Below are positions 8,344 to 18,554 of a stretch of DNA of 64,000 nt, in pieces; position 1 is the first letter of the stretch, and the number at the start of each line of letters is the position of its first letter. The translations under genes and the position numbers were made by a program. Source of the DNA: Christensenellales bacterium (lineage in GTDB: Bacteria; Bacillota; Clostridia; Christensenellales; Aristaeellaceae); contig JBGUJG010000142.1 of NCBI GenBank assembly GCA_045113695.1, positions 419 to 64,418 of the forward strand. The letters run 5' to 3'. The notes beneath the pieces were generated by a model that worked only from the letters and a program-made list of their open reading frames with translations, had not been told where the DNA came from and searched no databases.

Positions 8344-10659
8344 ATGAGAATCGGCACCTTCCCGGAGGAAAGGCCGCTGGCGGTTTTCGCTTTGTGCGCG
8401 GGAGCCGGTGTGCTGGCGGGGCGATTTCTTCCGGAGGCGCCGGTTTTTCTCTGTATCCTGGGAATGGCGGCCGGACTGGGCGCTTTTCTGCTTGCGAAGG
8501 ACAGACAGCGGGCGGGCCTGGCCGGACTCTGTGTCCTGATCCTGTTCGCGGGGCTGCTCCGCTCGGGCCTGTACTATCATCAGCCCCTGCCGCCGCCGGG
8601 GGATTACACGGTGACGGGCGTCGTCCGGGACCTGCCCGCGGTTCAGGCGGAGCGGCGCCACGCCGCCGTGCAGCTGCGCGATGTGCGCCTGCGGGATGAA
8701 GCGGGGGCGGAGTGGTCCCTTTCCGGCGCCTACTGGACCTGGTACGGTGCGGAAGGGGAGGAGATCCTTGTCCCCGGGGCGGGGGAAACGGTGGAGACGG
8801 AGGCGAGCCTCTACCTGCCGGACGGCCAGCGGAACCCTTACGGTTTTGACTTCCGGGAATACCTGCTGGAGCGGGGCATCCCGGCGGGCATCTATAACCG
8901 CGGGGAGTACCGGACCCTTCCCGGAAACCCGGCGGATCTGCGCGCCCTGGCGGCGCGGTTCAAAACCCGGCTGCTGACCCGGCTGGACCTGCTTTTCGGG
9001 GAAAACAGCGCCCTGCCCAAGGCGCTTTTGCTCGGATACCGGCAGGAGCTGGGGGAAGAGACGCTTTCGTCTTTCTCCCGCGCGGGCGTGGCCCATGTGC
9101 TGGCGGTGTCCGGGCTGCACGTCTCCCTGCTGGCCGGCGCGCTGTTTCTGCTGCTGAAGCCGCTGACGGGGCCGAAGGGCCGGCTGGCCGTACTGGCGGT
9201 ATTCCTGATGGGGTACTGCCTGCTGCTGGATTTCCGCGCTCCGGCGGTGCGGGCCTCCGTGCTGACGGTCTGCATGCTGGCCGGGGGCGTCCGGCACAGG
9301 CGGACGGACAGCCTGAGCGCACTGAGCCTGTCGTTCGTCCTGATCGTTTTCCTGCAGCCGGCGGACATGAGCTCGGTCAGTTTCCTCTTGTCGTTCGGGG
9401 CCGTTCTGGCCATGACGCTGCTGGGAAAGCCGCTGCGGGACAGGCTTTGCCCCCTGTTCGGCCAATGGATCGGCCGGGCGCTGAGCGCGGTTTTTTCCGC
9501 TTCCGCCGGCACCGTCATTCCGGTGATGGGGACGTTCCACTACTTTTCCCTGATCGGCCTGATCCTGAGCCCGCTGATGTGCGGCCTGCTGGCTGTTCTG
9601 CTGCCCGCGTACGCGGGGCTTTTGCTGCTGAGCCTGGTTTTTCTTCCGGTGGCCCGGCCGCTGGCCGCGGCGGCGGGAGCTTTTTCCGGGTGGATGCTCC
9701 GGGCGGTTGGCCGGGCGGCTGCCCTGCCGGGGGCGTTCGTGAACACCCCGGCTTTTCCCTGGCCGCTGATCCCGTTTGCTGTTCTGTGCCTGTGGCTTTT
9801 TTCCCCGTACAGCCTGCTGCGCGGCCGCAGGCGTCTGGCCCTGCTCGGGGCGGCCTTTTTCCTGGGCTGTGCGGTCCATCTGCTGACGTTGGACCGTTCG
9901 CTCAGTTATACACAGCTGGACATGGGCGGGGCGGACTGCGCCGTTTTGCAGGACGGCCGGAAAACCGTTGTCGTCGATACAGGGGAGGACGGGCAGGACC
10001 TGTGCGCCTACCTGCTGTCCACCGGCCGGCAGGCGGACCTGCTGGTGCTGACCCACCTGCACATGGACCATGCCGGTGGCGTTCAGGAGCTGCTGGACCG
10101 GGGCATCCCCATCGGCCGGGTGCTGATCCCGCTGGGGGCGGAAAAGCAGCAGGTGTCTGAAAGCGCGCGCTCGCTGATGGAAACGCTCCGGGGGCGGGGC
10201 ATCGAGGTGACGGAAGCGGCTCTCGGGGGCCGCTGGCAGGAAGGCCGCATCCTCCTGGAGGCGGTCTGGCCGGACCCGGAGACCGTCCGAACCGGTCAGG
10301 ACCCCAATGATTACTGTCTGGTGCTCCGGGCGCAGCTGGGAGATACGTCTTTCCTTCTGTGCGGGGACCTGACGGGAACCTACGAACCCTATGCCGTCCG
10401 GCCGGCGGACGTGCTCAAAATCGCCCATCACGGCAGCCCTTCTTCCAGCTCGGCGGCCTTCCTTTTGCAGGTGCGGCCCGCCTGCGCCGTGATCAGCGCC
10501 GGGCAGGACCAGAACGCCGCCCGCGCGGACGGGGAAGTGCCCGGGCGTCTGCGGGATCTCGGCATTCCCTGTTACACAACGGCTGTTTCCGGCGCGGTCC
10601 GGATCGAACCCAGGGGAAACGGTTTCATTGTCAGACCGTTCCTGCCCAAACAGGAGTGA
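8344..10659 (+). CDS. comEC: DNA internalization competence protein ComEC/Rec2
   Basis: Polytopic competence domain plus a C-terminal MBL domain (LTHLHMDHAGG). ATG at 8344 follows GGGAG; the ORF-track start at 8320 is a GTG. Confidence 0.88.
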   Translation: MRIGTFPEERPLAVFALCAGAGVLAGRFLPEAPVFLCILGMAAGLGAFLLAKDRQRAGLAGLCVLILFAGLLRSGLYYHQPLPPPGDYTVTGVVRDLPAVQAERRHAAVQLRDVRLRDEAGAEWSLSGAYWTWYGAEGEEILVPGAGETVETEASLYLPDGQRNPYGFDFREYLLERGIPAGIYNRGEYRTLPGNPADLRALAARFKTRLLTRLDLLFGENSALPKALLLGYRQELGEETLSSFSRAGVAHVLAVSGLHVSLLAGALFLLLKPLTGPKGRLAVLAVFLMGYCLLLDFRAPAVRASVLTVCMLAGGVRHRRTDSLSALSLSFVLIVFLQPADMSSVSFLLSFGAVLAMTLLGKPLRDRLCPLFGQWIGRALSAVFSASAGTVIPVMGTFHYFSLIGLILSPLMCGLLAVLLPAYAGLLLLSLVFLPVARPLAAAAGAFSGWMLRAVGRAAALPGAFVNTPAFPWPLIPFAVLCLWLFSPYSLLRGRRRLALLGAAFFLGCAVHLLTLDRSLSYTQLDMGGADCAVLQDGRKTVVVDTGEDGQDLCAYLLSTGRQADLLVLTHLHMDHAGGVQELLDRGIPIGRVLIPLGAEKQQVSESARSLMETLRGRGIEVTEAALGGRWQEGRILLEAVWPDPETVRTGQDPNDYCLVLRAQLGDTSFLLCGDLTGTYEPYAVRPADVLKIAHHGSPSSSSAAFLLQVRPACAVISAGQDQNAARADGEVPGRLRDLGIPCYTTAVSGAVRIEPRGNGFIVRPFLPKQE

Positions 10660-10665
10660 CAGAAC

Positions 10666-11772
10666 ATGGCCAGGAAGGAAACCCCCGCCTATACCGAAAA
10701 AGATTTCTTCCGCGACCTGAAGGCGGGCAGGCTGTACGCCTGCTACTGCCTGGAGGGGGAGGAGGAGTTCGTCAAGGAGAAGGCCCTCCGGGATTTGCGG
10801 GATACCGTTCTGTCCGGCCCGATGCGGGAACTGAACGAGACCCGCCTGACAGACCCGGATGCCGACGACGTGATCCGGGCAGCGGAAACCCTGCCCCTGA
10901 TGGCGGAAAGACGGCTGCTGATCATCCGGGACAGCCGCCTGCTCAGCAGCGGCGGCAGGGCGGCCGGCGAAGAAAAAGACGACAGCGCGGACAAGCTGGC
11001 CCGATATCTGGACAGCCTGCCGGAAACCAGCGTGATCGTCTTCTGGGTCCGCGGCGCGGCGGACAGGCGCAAGCGCCTGTACAAGGCCATGAAAGACAGC
11101 GCCCCGGCCGGCAGGTGCGTGATCGTTTCCTTTGAAAAGCAGTCGGAGGACGCCCTGCGGAAATGGATCGTACGCAGATGCAGGGAAAACCAGGTGACGA
11201 TTTCAGACGAAATGGCCGTCCGGATGACGTTCAGGACCGGGGATTCCCTGACGCAGATCCAGGGGGAGACCGACAAGCTGTGCGCTTACGTCGGCCCCGG
11301 CGGCACGGTGGACGAGGAGGCCCTCGATGCCGTCGTGACGCAGAACCTGGAATACAAGGTCTTTGACCTTTCCCGCACGGTTCTGGCCGGGGACGGGCCG
11401 AAGGCCTTCCGGATGCTGGAGGCCCTTTTGCAGGACGGGGAGGACCGGGTCGGTCTGCTGTCCCTCCTGGGGACGCAGTGCCGCCAGCTGCTGAAGGTCG
11501 CGGTACTGACGCGGGCGGGAGAGCGGGAAGGGGACATTGCCCGGACGATCGGCGCGCCGGATTTCGTCGTCCGGCAGACACAGACGCTGGTCAGGCGGTT
11601 TTCCCTGGCGGCGCTGACAGAGATGCCGGCGCTCTGCCTGCAGGCGGAATACGAGATCAAGTCCGGCCGGATCAACGCGGAGGGCGGGCTGGAAAAAGTG
11701 ATGCTGCAGATCCTGACGATGGGGGAAAATCATGGAAAGACTGATCGGGCTGCTGTCGGGCAGCGGCGCTGA
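10666..11772 (+). CDS. holA: DNA polymerase III delta subunit
   Basis: About 368 aa, directly after comEC as in most Firmicutes. N-terminal clamp-loader delta fold pattern (YCLEGEEEFVKEKAL). Confidence 0.8.
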   Translation: MARKETPAYTEKDFFRDLKAGRLYACYCLEGEEEFVKEKALRDLRDTVLSGPMRELNETRLTDPDADDVIRAAETLPLMAERRLLIIRDSRLLSSGGRAAGEEKDDSADKLARYLDSLPETSVIVFWVRGAADRRKRLYKAMKDSAPAGRCVIVSFEKQSEDALRKWIVRRCRENQVTISDEMAVRMTFRTGDSLTQIQGETDKLCAYVGPGGTVDEEALDAVVTQNLEYKVFDLSRTVLAGDGPKAFRMLEALLQDGEDRVGLLSLLGTQCRQLLKVAVLTRAGEREGDIARTIGAPDFVVRQTQTLVRRFSLAALTEMPALCLQAEYEIKSGRINAEGGLEKVMLQILTMGENHGKTDRAAVGQRR

Positions 11773-12457
11773 ACTGAGCCGGGAAACCTTCGCCAGACTG
11801 TCCGCCTACCGGGATATGCTCATTGAGTGGAACAGGAAGATGGACCTGACGAGCGTGCCGGAGGAGGAGATCCCCCTGCGTCATCTGGGGGACAGCCTGC
11901 TGCCGGTGTTTGCGTACCCCGGCCTGTTCCCTTCCGGGGCTTTGCTGGCCGACGTGGGCACCGGGGCGGGCCTGCCGGGCCTGCCGATCGCCATCGCGCG
12001 GGAGGACCTGCAAGTCACCCTGATCGAATCCATGCGCAGGCGCTATGAATTCCTGTCCGCCGTGCGGGACGCCCTGGGCCTTCCGAACGTCCGGATCCTC
12101 TGCGTCCGCGCGGAAGAAGCCGGCCGGGACATGACGCTCCGGGAACACTTCGACCTGACGGTGTCCCGCGCGGTGGCCGCCGCCCCGGTGCTGCTGGAAT
12201 ATCTGCTGCCGCTGACGAAGGTCGGCGGCTCCGCCCTGTGCTGGAAGGGCCCGGGCGCCGCGCAGGAAGCGCTGGACGGGCAGGAAGCCGCTGTGATCCT
12301 GGGCGGCGGGGAGATTTCGCTGCTGCCGGTTTCCTATCCGGGGGAGGAAAGGTATCTCCTCCGGGCGGACAAAATATCCGCAACGCCCGACCGCTATCCC
12401 AGGCGGCCCGGCATTCCGGCCAAAAGGCCGCTGGGACAGGGAAAAGGCCGGGAATAG
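11732..12457 (+). CDS. rsmG: 16S rRNA (guanine527-N7)-methyltransferase
   Basis: NRKMDLTS, DVGTGAGLPGLPIAI and LIESMRRRYEFL motifs of GidB/RsmG. 41-nt overlap with holA. Confidence 0.9.
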   Translation: MERLIGLLSGSGAELSRETFARLSAYRDMLIEWNRKMDLTSVPEEEIPLRHLGDSLLPVFAYPGLFPSGALLADVGTGAGLPGLPIAIAREDLQVTLIESMRRRYEFLSAVRDALGLPNVRILCVRAEEAGRDMTLREHFDLTVSRAVAAAPVLLEYLLPLTKVGGSALCWKGPGAAQEALDGQEAAVILGGGEISLLPVSYPGEERYLLRADKISATPDRYPRRPGIPAKRPLGQGKGRE

Positions 12458-12480
12458 GGACGGCGCCGGAAAGGATTATT

Positions 12481-13368
12481 ATGGAAAGACAAAAACATAA
12501 TCCGGGCCCGCTGCTGATTCTGCTGGCCGGCTGCTTCTGGGGCAGCATGGGGATTTTTGTCAGGCGCCTGGGCGGTGCCGGCTTCAGCCCCGCCCAGATC
12601 GTTTCGATCCGCCTCACCCTGGCCGCGCCGGCTTTCTGGGCCGTGCTGCTGATGAGGGACCGGGCCGGCTGCCGGATCAGAGCGCGCGATCTGCCGCTGT
12701 TTCTCGGGCTGGGCCTGGGGAGCATTCTCTTTTTCACGGTCTGCTATTTTACCGCGATCAGAATGATGCCGCTTTCCGCGGCGGCCATCCTGCTGTATAC
12801 TTCGCCGATCTGGATCATGCTTATGTCCGCTCTGTTTTTTCATGAGAAAGTCAACGGACGGAAGCTCCTGGCCCTCGCCCTGGCCTTCGCCGGCTGCGTG
12901 CTGGTGTCCGGCCTTTCCGGGGAAGGGGTCAGCTGGACGGGCCTGCTGGTCGGCCTTGGGTCCGGCATCGGCTACGGCCTGTACAGCATATTGGGCTCGG
13001 TTGCCCTGCGCCGGTATTCGCCCTATGCCGTCACGGCCTGGACCTTTCTGTTCGCGGCAGCCGGTTCCTTCCTGGTCTGCCGGCCGGCGGAGATGTTCGG
13101 CGTCTTTGCCGCCGCGGACAGCCTCCCTTCGCTGCTTGCCTTCTGCTGCCTGACGGCCCTGGTGACGGCGGTGATCCCATTTCTGTGCTACACGCTCGGT
13201 CTGCGCACGGTGGAGGCGAGCCGGGCGGGCATCCTGGCGACCGTCGAGCCGCTGGTCGCGGCCCTTTTCGGCGTTTTCGTTTTTTCCGAACCCCTGACCC
13301 TGCTCTCCGGGCTGGGCACCCTCCTGATCCTCTCCGCCGTGGTCCTGCTGAACGGGAAAAATCAATGA
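12481..13368 (+). CDS. EamA/DMT family transporter
   Basis: 10-TM protein with two EamA-like halves. Start taken at the ATG at 12481 (MERQKHNPGPLLILLAGCFWG) inside the longer ORF 12238..13368. Confidence 0.8.
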   Translation: MERQKHNPGPLLILLAGCFWGSMGIFVRRLGGAGFSPAQIVSIRLTLAAPAFWAVLLMRDRAGCRIRARDLPLFLGLGLGSILFFTVCYFTAIRMMPLSAAAILLYTSPIWIMLMSALFFHEKVNGRKLLALALAFAGCVLVSGLSGEGVSWTGLLVGLGSGIGYGLYSILGSVALRRYSPYAVTAWTFLFAAAGSFLVCRPAEMFGVFAAADSLPSLLAFCCLTALVTAVIPFLCYTLGLRTVEASRAGILATVEPLVAALFGVFVFSEPLTLLSGLGTLLILSAVVLLNGKNQ

Positions 13369-13381
13369 ACAGGGAATCATA

Positions 13382-13424
13382 AACCGGGAGCCGCTGCAGA
13401 TGTGTTTCGCAGCAGCTCCCGGTT
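13382..13424. terminator. convergent-gene hairpin (16-bp stem, 1 mismatch)
   Basis: aaccgggagccgctgc-agatgtgtttc-gcagcagctcccggtt, between the convergent EamA and ABC permease genes. The U-runs are weak. Confidence 0.55.
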
Positions 13425-13440
13425 ATTCTGACCGGCATGT

Positions 13441-14394
13441 TTACCGGTTTTCCCTGAAATATGCCTGCCCCAGGCTTTCCGGGGGCTGGTTTTCGCGCTT
13501 GTTGCGGACGGAGGAAATGATCAGCACGATGACGGTGAAGACATAGGGCAGCATTTTGAGCAGGGGCTTGGCCGCCATCGTCACCTGGATAAAGGACAGG
13601 TTGGTGATAAAGCTGGAACAGGAGAACAGGAAGCCGAAGACGGTGGAGCCGATGATCGTGCGGTGGGGCCGCCACAGGGCGAAGATGACCAGGGCGATGC
13701 TCAGCCAGCCGAAGGCTTCCAGGCTCAGGTAGGCTTCCTGGGAAGCCATGTAGTCGATGATGTAGTAGAAGCCGCCCAGGCCCGCGATGCCGGACCCGAT
13801 GCAGGTAGCGGCATATTTGTAGCGTGTGACGTTGATGCCCACCGCGTCCGCCGTGGCGGGGTTTTCGCCCACGGCCCGAAGGTGCAGGCCGATTTTCGTG
13901 CGGTAGAGCACCCAGCTGGCGGCAACGGCGATGAACAGGCCGAGAAAAAACAGCACGCCCAGGCACTGCAGGCTGTCCTGCCGGCCGGCAAAGGGCCAGC
14001 GGTAATAGGCCTTCGGGGTGACCAGGTACCGGGTGGGGGTGAGGCGGCTCATGATTACCTTCATCAGGCCGACGCCGAAGGTGGTCAGGGCCAGGCCGGT
14101 TACGTTCTGGTTGGCGCGGAGGGTGACGGTCAGGAAGGAATAGATCAGGCCCATCAGCATGGCAGCCGCCACGGAAGAAAGGATGCCGAGCGCCACGATC
14201 AGGAACGGGGGCAGGGAAGAGGTGCCGATCAGGTTCAGCATCATGCAGCCGCCGGCCCCGCCCATGCACATGATGCCGGGGATGCCCAGGTTCAGGTGGC
14301 CGGCTTTTTCGGTCAGGATTTCGCCGGTGGAGCCGTACATGAAGGTAGCGCCGAAGGCCAGGGAGTCGATCAGGAAATTCAGCCAGATGTTCAT
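13441..14394 (-). CDS. ABC transporter permease (BMP/nucleoside type, NupQ/YufQ-like)
   Basis: 317-aa polytopic protein, last gene of the BMP-ATPase-permease-permease operon. Confidence 0.85.
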   Translation of the reverse strand: MNIWLNFLIDSLAFGATFMYGSTGEILTEKAGHLNLGIPGIMCMGGAGGCMMLNLIGTSSLPPFLIVALGILSSVAAAMLMGLIYSFLTVTLRANQNVTGLALTTFGVGLMKVIMSRLTPTRYLVTPKAYYRWPFAGRQDSLQCLGVLFFLGLFIAVAASWVLYRTKIGLHLRAVGENPATADAVGINVTRYKYAATCIGSGIAGLGGFYYIIDYMASQEAYLSLEAFGWLSIALVIFALWRPHRTIIGSTVFGFLFSCSSFITNLSFIQVTMAAKPLLKMLPYVFTVIVLIISSVRNKRENQPPESLGQAYFRENR

Positions 14395-15512
14395 CGGACC
14401 GCCTCCTTGTTTGTGGGATTGTGCCTGAAGCGGAGCTGGTAGTTGATAAAGAATTCGCAGCCGATGATGAAGAAGAGGATGATGCCGACGATGACGTCCG
14501 GCAGGGCGCCGGAGACGTTGAAGTCCTGGCTGATCTGCGCCGCGCCCTGGTTGAGGATCTGGATGAGGCCGGAGGTCAGGATCATCATCAGCGGGTCAAA
14601 GTTGGCCAGCCAGGAAACCATGATGGCCGTGAAGCCCTGGCCGCCGGCGGATTCGGTGGTGATCGTCCGGTCCAGCCCGGCAGCGATCAGAAAACCGGTC
14701 AGCCCGCAGAGGACGCCGCTTAAAATCATCGTCCGGATGATGACCCTGCTGACGTGGATGCCGACGTACTTGGCCGTGTTCACGCTTTCGCCCACGACGC
14801 TGATCTCATAGCCGTGCTTGGAATAATTGAGATAGACGTACAGTCCGGCGGTCAGCGCCAGGGCCACCATGATGATCACGAAATAGTCGTTGACGACGGA
14901 CGGAAGTTTGCCGTACTTGAGCTTGGCCAGGGAGGAGGAGCCGCTGGGCACCCAGATGACCAGGAAATAGGAGACCACGAAGGTGGCCACGTAGTTCATC
15001 ATCAGGGTGAAAAGGGTCTCATTGGTGTTCCAGCGGGCCTTGAAGACGGCGGGAATCAGTGCCCAGACGCCGCCGTATACCAAAGCGGCCAGCAGCATCA
15101 GGACGAGCAGCACCCCTTCGGGCATTTTGCCGCCCAGGTAAAAGTCCACCGTGATCGCGCCGAGCACGCCCATCAGCGTCTGCCCTTCCGCGCCGATGTT
15201 CCAGAAGCGCATCCGGAAGGCCGGGGTCAGGGCCAGGGCGATGCACAGGAGGATCGACAGATTCTTGAGCATCTTCCAGAGCTTTCTCGGCGTGCCGAAG
15301 GAACCTTTGATGAAGGCATAGAAAAAATCCCCGATTTTGCCGGGGTTTTCCCGCAGCTTGTCAATCAGGATGAAGGCAACGGCCCCGCATACGGCCAGGC
15401 CGAGCAGCAGGGCAATCAGGCGGATCAGCCAGGCGCGCCAGGCGGCGATCGACGGCCGCCTGCTCAGGTGGACGAGGGGCTCGCGGGTTTCGGATGCGTG
15501 GTTTCCGGCCAT
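14391..15512 (-). CDS. ABC transporter permease (BMP/nucleoside type, NupP/YufP-like)
   Basis: 373-aa polytopic protein. 4-nt overlap with the downstream permease. Confidence 0.85.
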   Translation of the reverse strand: MAGNHASETREPLVHLSRRPSIAAWRAWLIRLIALLLGLAVCGAVAFILIDKLRENPGKIGDFFYAFIKGSFGTPRKLWKMLKNLSILLCIALALTPAFRMRFWNIGAEGQTLMGVLGAITVDFYLGGKMPEGVLLVLMLLAALVYGGVWALIPAVFKARWNTNETLFTLMMNYVATFVVSYFLVIWVPSGSSSLAKLKYGKLPSVVNDYFVIIMVALALTAGLYVYLNYSKHGYEISVVGESVNTAKYVGIHVSRVIIRTMILSGVLCGLTGFLIAAGLDRTITTESAGGQGFTAIMVSWLANFDPLMMILTSGLIQILNQGAAQISQDFNVSGALPDVIVGIILFFIIGCEFFINYQLRFRHNPTNKEAVR

Positions 15513-15513
15513 C

Positions 15514-17217
15514 TCAGGCTTCCTCCTTCCGCTCGCGGGTTGATTTGGTCATCAGCAGGCCGATCTCTTCCTTGACGGCGGTCCGGGCATCGACAATGCC
15601 GGTGACCGCGCCGGAGTTGATCACCATGATCCGGTCGCACAGGGCCAGCAGGACGTCCAGGTCCTCACCGACAAACAGCACGGCCACGCCGGCTTCCTTC
15701 TGCCGGTTGAGCAGGCGGTAGATCGTGTAGGAGGAGTTGATGTCCAGGCCGCGGACCGGGTAGGCGGCCATCAGTACCTTGGGGGTGTAGGCAATTTCCC
15801 GGCCCACCAGCACCTTCTGCACGTTGCCGCCGGACAGGCGGCGGACCGGCGTCGAGGTGCCGGGTGTGACGACTTCCAGTTCCTGGATGATCTGATCGGC
15901 CAGGGCCTTGGGTTTTTTGCGGTCCAATAGGCCGTGGGGGCCTTTGCGGTAGGAGCGGAGCATCATGTTGTCGGTGATGCCCATGCTGCCCACCAGGCCC
16001 ATGCCGAGGCGGTCCTCCGGCACAAAGGACAGGTGGATGCCCAGCTGGCGGATCTCCAGCGGGTCCCGGCCCTTCAGGTCCATGATTTCATCCTCGTTGA
16101 ACAGCACCTGACCGTCGCCGACCAGTTTGCGGATTTCATTGGGCTTCATCCCGGCGAAGGACACGGGCTTTCCGGCGGGATCGTGGAAAGCGCCCTGAGC
16201 GGCCAGCTCCATGACGCGGCCCAGATTTTTATGGAAGAAGGACACGGGCTTGTTCTTCTTGGGGTTGTGGAAGACGATCTCGCCGCTGCGGATCGGCTGG
16301 AGGCCGGTGATGGCTTCCAGCAGCTCCTTCTGCCCGCTGCCGGCGATTCCGGCGATCCCGAGGATTTCCCCGCCGTTGGCGGTAAAGGAAATGTCCCTGA
16401 GGATGTGGACGCCTTCGCTGTCATACACGTTGAGGCCGGAGACAACCAGGCGGGGGGCAGGGTCCTTCGGTTCGGTCCGCTGGATGTTGAGGTCCACCTT
16501 TTTGCCGACCATCATCTCGGTCAGCTCCGCCTCGTTCGTCTGCGTCGTTTCGACGGTGGCGATGTGCCGGCCCCGGCGCAGGATGGCGACCCGGTCGCTG
16601 ATTTCCAGCACTTCGTTGAGCTTGTGCGTGATGATGACGATGGATTTCCCGTCCTGCCGCATCATGCGCAGGACGTCAAAAAGCCTGTCGATCTCCTGCG
16701 GGGTCAGCACGGCCGTGGGCTCGTCCAGGATCAGGATGTCCGCCCCGCGGTACAGCACCTTGATGATCTCGACGGTCTGCTTTTCGGAGACGGACATGTC
16801 ATAGATCTTTTTTTCCGGATCGATATGGAAACCGTACCGGTCCGCGATCGCGGATACCCGGGCATTGACGTCTTTGAGGCTGTACTGGCCTTTTTCCTGA
16901 ACGCCCAGTACGATGTTTTCGGCTGCGGTGAACAGGTCCACGAGCTTGAAGTGCTGGTGGATCATACCGATCTTATGGTCAAAGGCGTCCTTGGGGGAGC
17001 GGATGACCACTTCCTGACCGTCAATGAGGATGGTGCCTTCGTCGGGATAGTAGATGCCGGCGATCATGTTCATCAGCGTCGTTTTGCCGCAGCCGTTTTC
17101 TCCCAGAATGGAGAGGATCTCCCCCCGGTAAATGTCCAGATCCACGTGATCGTTGGCGATGACGCTGCCGAAACGCTTGGTGATCCCGCGCATTTCAAGC
17201 GCAAGCTGTTTTTCCAC
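15514..17217 (-). CDS. ABC transporter ATP-binding protein, duplicated NBD (NupO/YufO-like)
   Basis: Two NBDs: GENGCGKTT/ILILDEP and GIAGSGQ/LSGGNVQK. At 567 aa it is longer than I expect for this family, because of an insertion in NBD2. Confidence 0.9.
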   Translation of the reverse strand: MEKQLALEMRGITKRFGSVIANDHVDLDIYRGEILSILGENGCGKTTLMNMIAGIYYPDEGTILIDGQEVVIRSPKDAFDHKIGMIHQHFKLVDLFTAAENIVLGVQEKGQYSLKDVNARVSAIADRYGFHIDPEKKIYDMSVSEKQTVEIIKVLYRGADILILDEPTAVLTPQEIDRLFDVLRMMRQDGKSIVIITHKLNEVLEISDRVAILRRGRHIATVETTQTNEAELTEMMVGKKVDLNIQRTEPKDPAPRLVVSGLNVYDSEGVHILRDISFTANGGEILGIAGIAGSGQKELLEAITGLQPIRSGEIVFHNPKKNKPVSFFHKNLGRVMELAAQGAFHDPAGKPVSFAGMKPNEIRKLVGDGQVLFNEDEIMDLKGRDPLEIRQLGIHLSFVPEDRLGMGLVGSMGITDNMMLRSYRKGPHGLLDRKKPKALADQIIQELEVVTPGTSTPVRRLSGGNVQKVLVGREIAYTPKVLMAAYPVRGLDINSSYTIYRLLNRQKEAGVAVLFVGEDLDVLLALCDRIMVINSGAVTGIVDARTAVKEEIGLLMTKSTRERKEEA

Positions 17218-17231
17218 GGGTATTCCTCCGA

Positions 17232-17278
17232 TAAAAAAGGTGCCGGACTGCCGGCCCGGGGCAGGGCGGCAGTCCGGT
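17232..17278 (-). terminator. intra-operon intrinsic terminator/attenuator after the BMP lipoprotein gene
   Basis: Minus strand: ccggactgccg-13 nt loop-cggcagtccgg (11-bp stem), followed by caccTTTTTT. Confidence 0.65.
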
Positions 17279-17306
17279 CAGACGCGGCGGTTCCGCGCGG
17301 GGAGAA

Positions 17307-18515
17307 TCAGAACGCGCTGTTCAGCAGCTCGATGCCGTCGATCTTGACGTCGAAGTAGGGAGCGCTGCGGTATTCGGACTCATGGAAGTAACCGTCGGAA
17401 ACCACTTCGGTATCGGGGGTGAAGGCGGCGTCGGTGTCCACGTCGGCCAGGTAGCTGGTCAGGGCTTCGCCGTTCACGGTGATGAAGTTCTCGGCGGCGG
17501 TGTCAAACACCTTGCGGGTGCCGGCGGCGAACTCGGCCTTGACGGCTTCGATGGCTTCCACGGTGCCGGGGGCGGCAGCGGGTACGTTGACCTCGGTCAG
17601 CACGACGGAGCCGGTCTCAATGGTGCCGGTCCAGTCGGTGGCGATGGCTTCGCCGGCGGCCTTCTGGTTGATCATGTACTCAAAGTAGGGAGCCCAGTTG
17701 ATGCGGGAAGAGACGATGAAGGTGTTGGGGCAGCTTTCCACGGTGGAGCCGTTGTAGGAGATGTTGGGGATGCCGGCGTTTTCGCAGGCGGTGGGAGCGC
17801 CCATGGAGTCGGCGTGCTGGCTGATCAGGTCGCAGTTCGCGGCGATCAGGGCTTCAGCGGCGGCCTTTTCTTCTTTTTCATCGTACCAGGAACCGGTGAA
17901 CTGCACCTTCATCTGGACGTCCGGGCAGACAGACTTGGCGCCCAGGTAGAAGCTGGTGTAGCCGGAGATCACCTCGGCGTAGGTGAAAGCGCCGACATAG
18001 CCCATCAGGGGCTTTTCACCCTTGATCTTGCCGGCTTCCTTGAGCTCGTTGAGCTTCATGCCGGCGGCGACGCCCGCCAGGTAGCGGCCTTCATAGATGG
18101 AGGCGAAAGCGTTGTGGAAGTTGGGCAGCTTTTCGGTGTGGGCCATGGTGCCGGTCGCGTGAGCGAATTCCACTTCGGGGAATTCCTTGGCGACTTCCAG
18201 CAGGAAGCTCTCGTGGCCGAAGCTGTCGGCAAAGATGATGTTGCAGCCTTCGTCCACCAGGTCGCGGGCGGTTTCGGCGCATTCTTCAGACTCGGGGATG
18301 TTGCGGACGATGACCACCTGGTCGTCGGTCAGTCCGAGGGTTTCCTTGGCCTCGTTGACGCCGTTGATGAAGTTGAGGTCATAGGTGGAAAACTCGTCGT
18401 GCAGCAGGATCACGCCAAGCTTGATGTTTTCCTTGGCGACGGGTTCCTGGGCAAAGGCGGAGAAGCAGGACAGGCACAGCATCAGGCAGAGCAGCAGAGC
18501 GGCGATCTTTTTCAT
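17307..18515 (-). CDS. BMP family (PnrA/Med-like) substrate-binding lipoprotein
   Basis: Signal peptide with Cys (LCLSCFSAFA). Basic-membrane-protein fold motifs. Sits upstream of the ABC genes. Confidence 0.85.
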   Translation of the reverse strand: MKKIAALLLCLMLCLSCFSAFAQEPVAKENIKLGVILLHDEFSTYDLNFINGVNEAKETLGLTDDQVVIVRNIPESEECAETARDLVDEGCNIIFADSFGHESFLLEVAKEFPEVEFAHATGTMAHTEKLPNFHNAFASIYEGRYLAGVAAGMKLNELKEAGKIKGEKPLMGYVGAFTYAEVISGYTSFYLGAKSVCPDVQMKVQFTGSWYDEKEEKAAAEALIAANCDLISQHADSMGAPTACENAGIPNISYNGSTVESCPNTFIVSSRINWAPYFEYMINQKAAGEAIATDWTGTIETGSVVLTEVNVPAAAPGTVEAIEAVKAEFAAGTRKVFDTAAENFITVNGEALTSYLADVDTDAAFTPDTEVVSDGYFHESEYRSAPYFDVKIDGIELLNSAF

Positions 18516-18554
18516 TTGAATTTCTCCTTTTTTGATCGGTAGGAAACAGGGTTT

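Noticed and set aside
8311-10431. Very long ORFs antisense to real genes. Examples are 8311-10431(-), 19842-22052(+), 24444-26654(-), 26655-29441(-), 49700-52351(+), 48921-51149(-), 212-1780(+), 54373-56415(-) and 40805-42958(-).
   Set aside because: Their translations are Arg/Gly/Pro/Ala-rich with no motifs. Each lies opposite a gene with unmistakable family signatures (comEC, CotH, ABC permeases, mfd, prfA, metG and others). This is the usual stop-codon-poor antisense artefact of GC-rich DNA.
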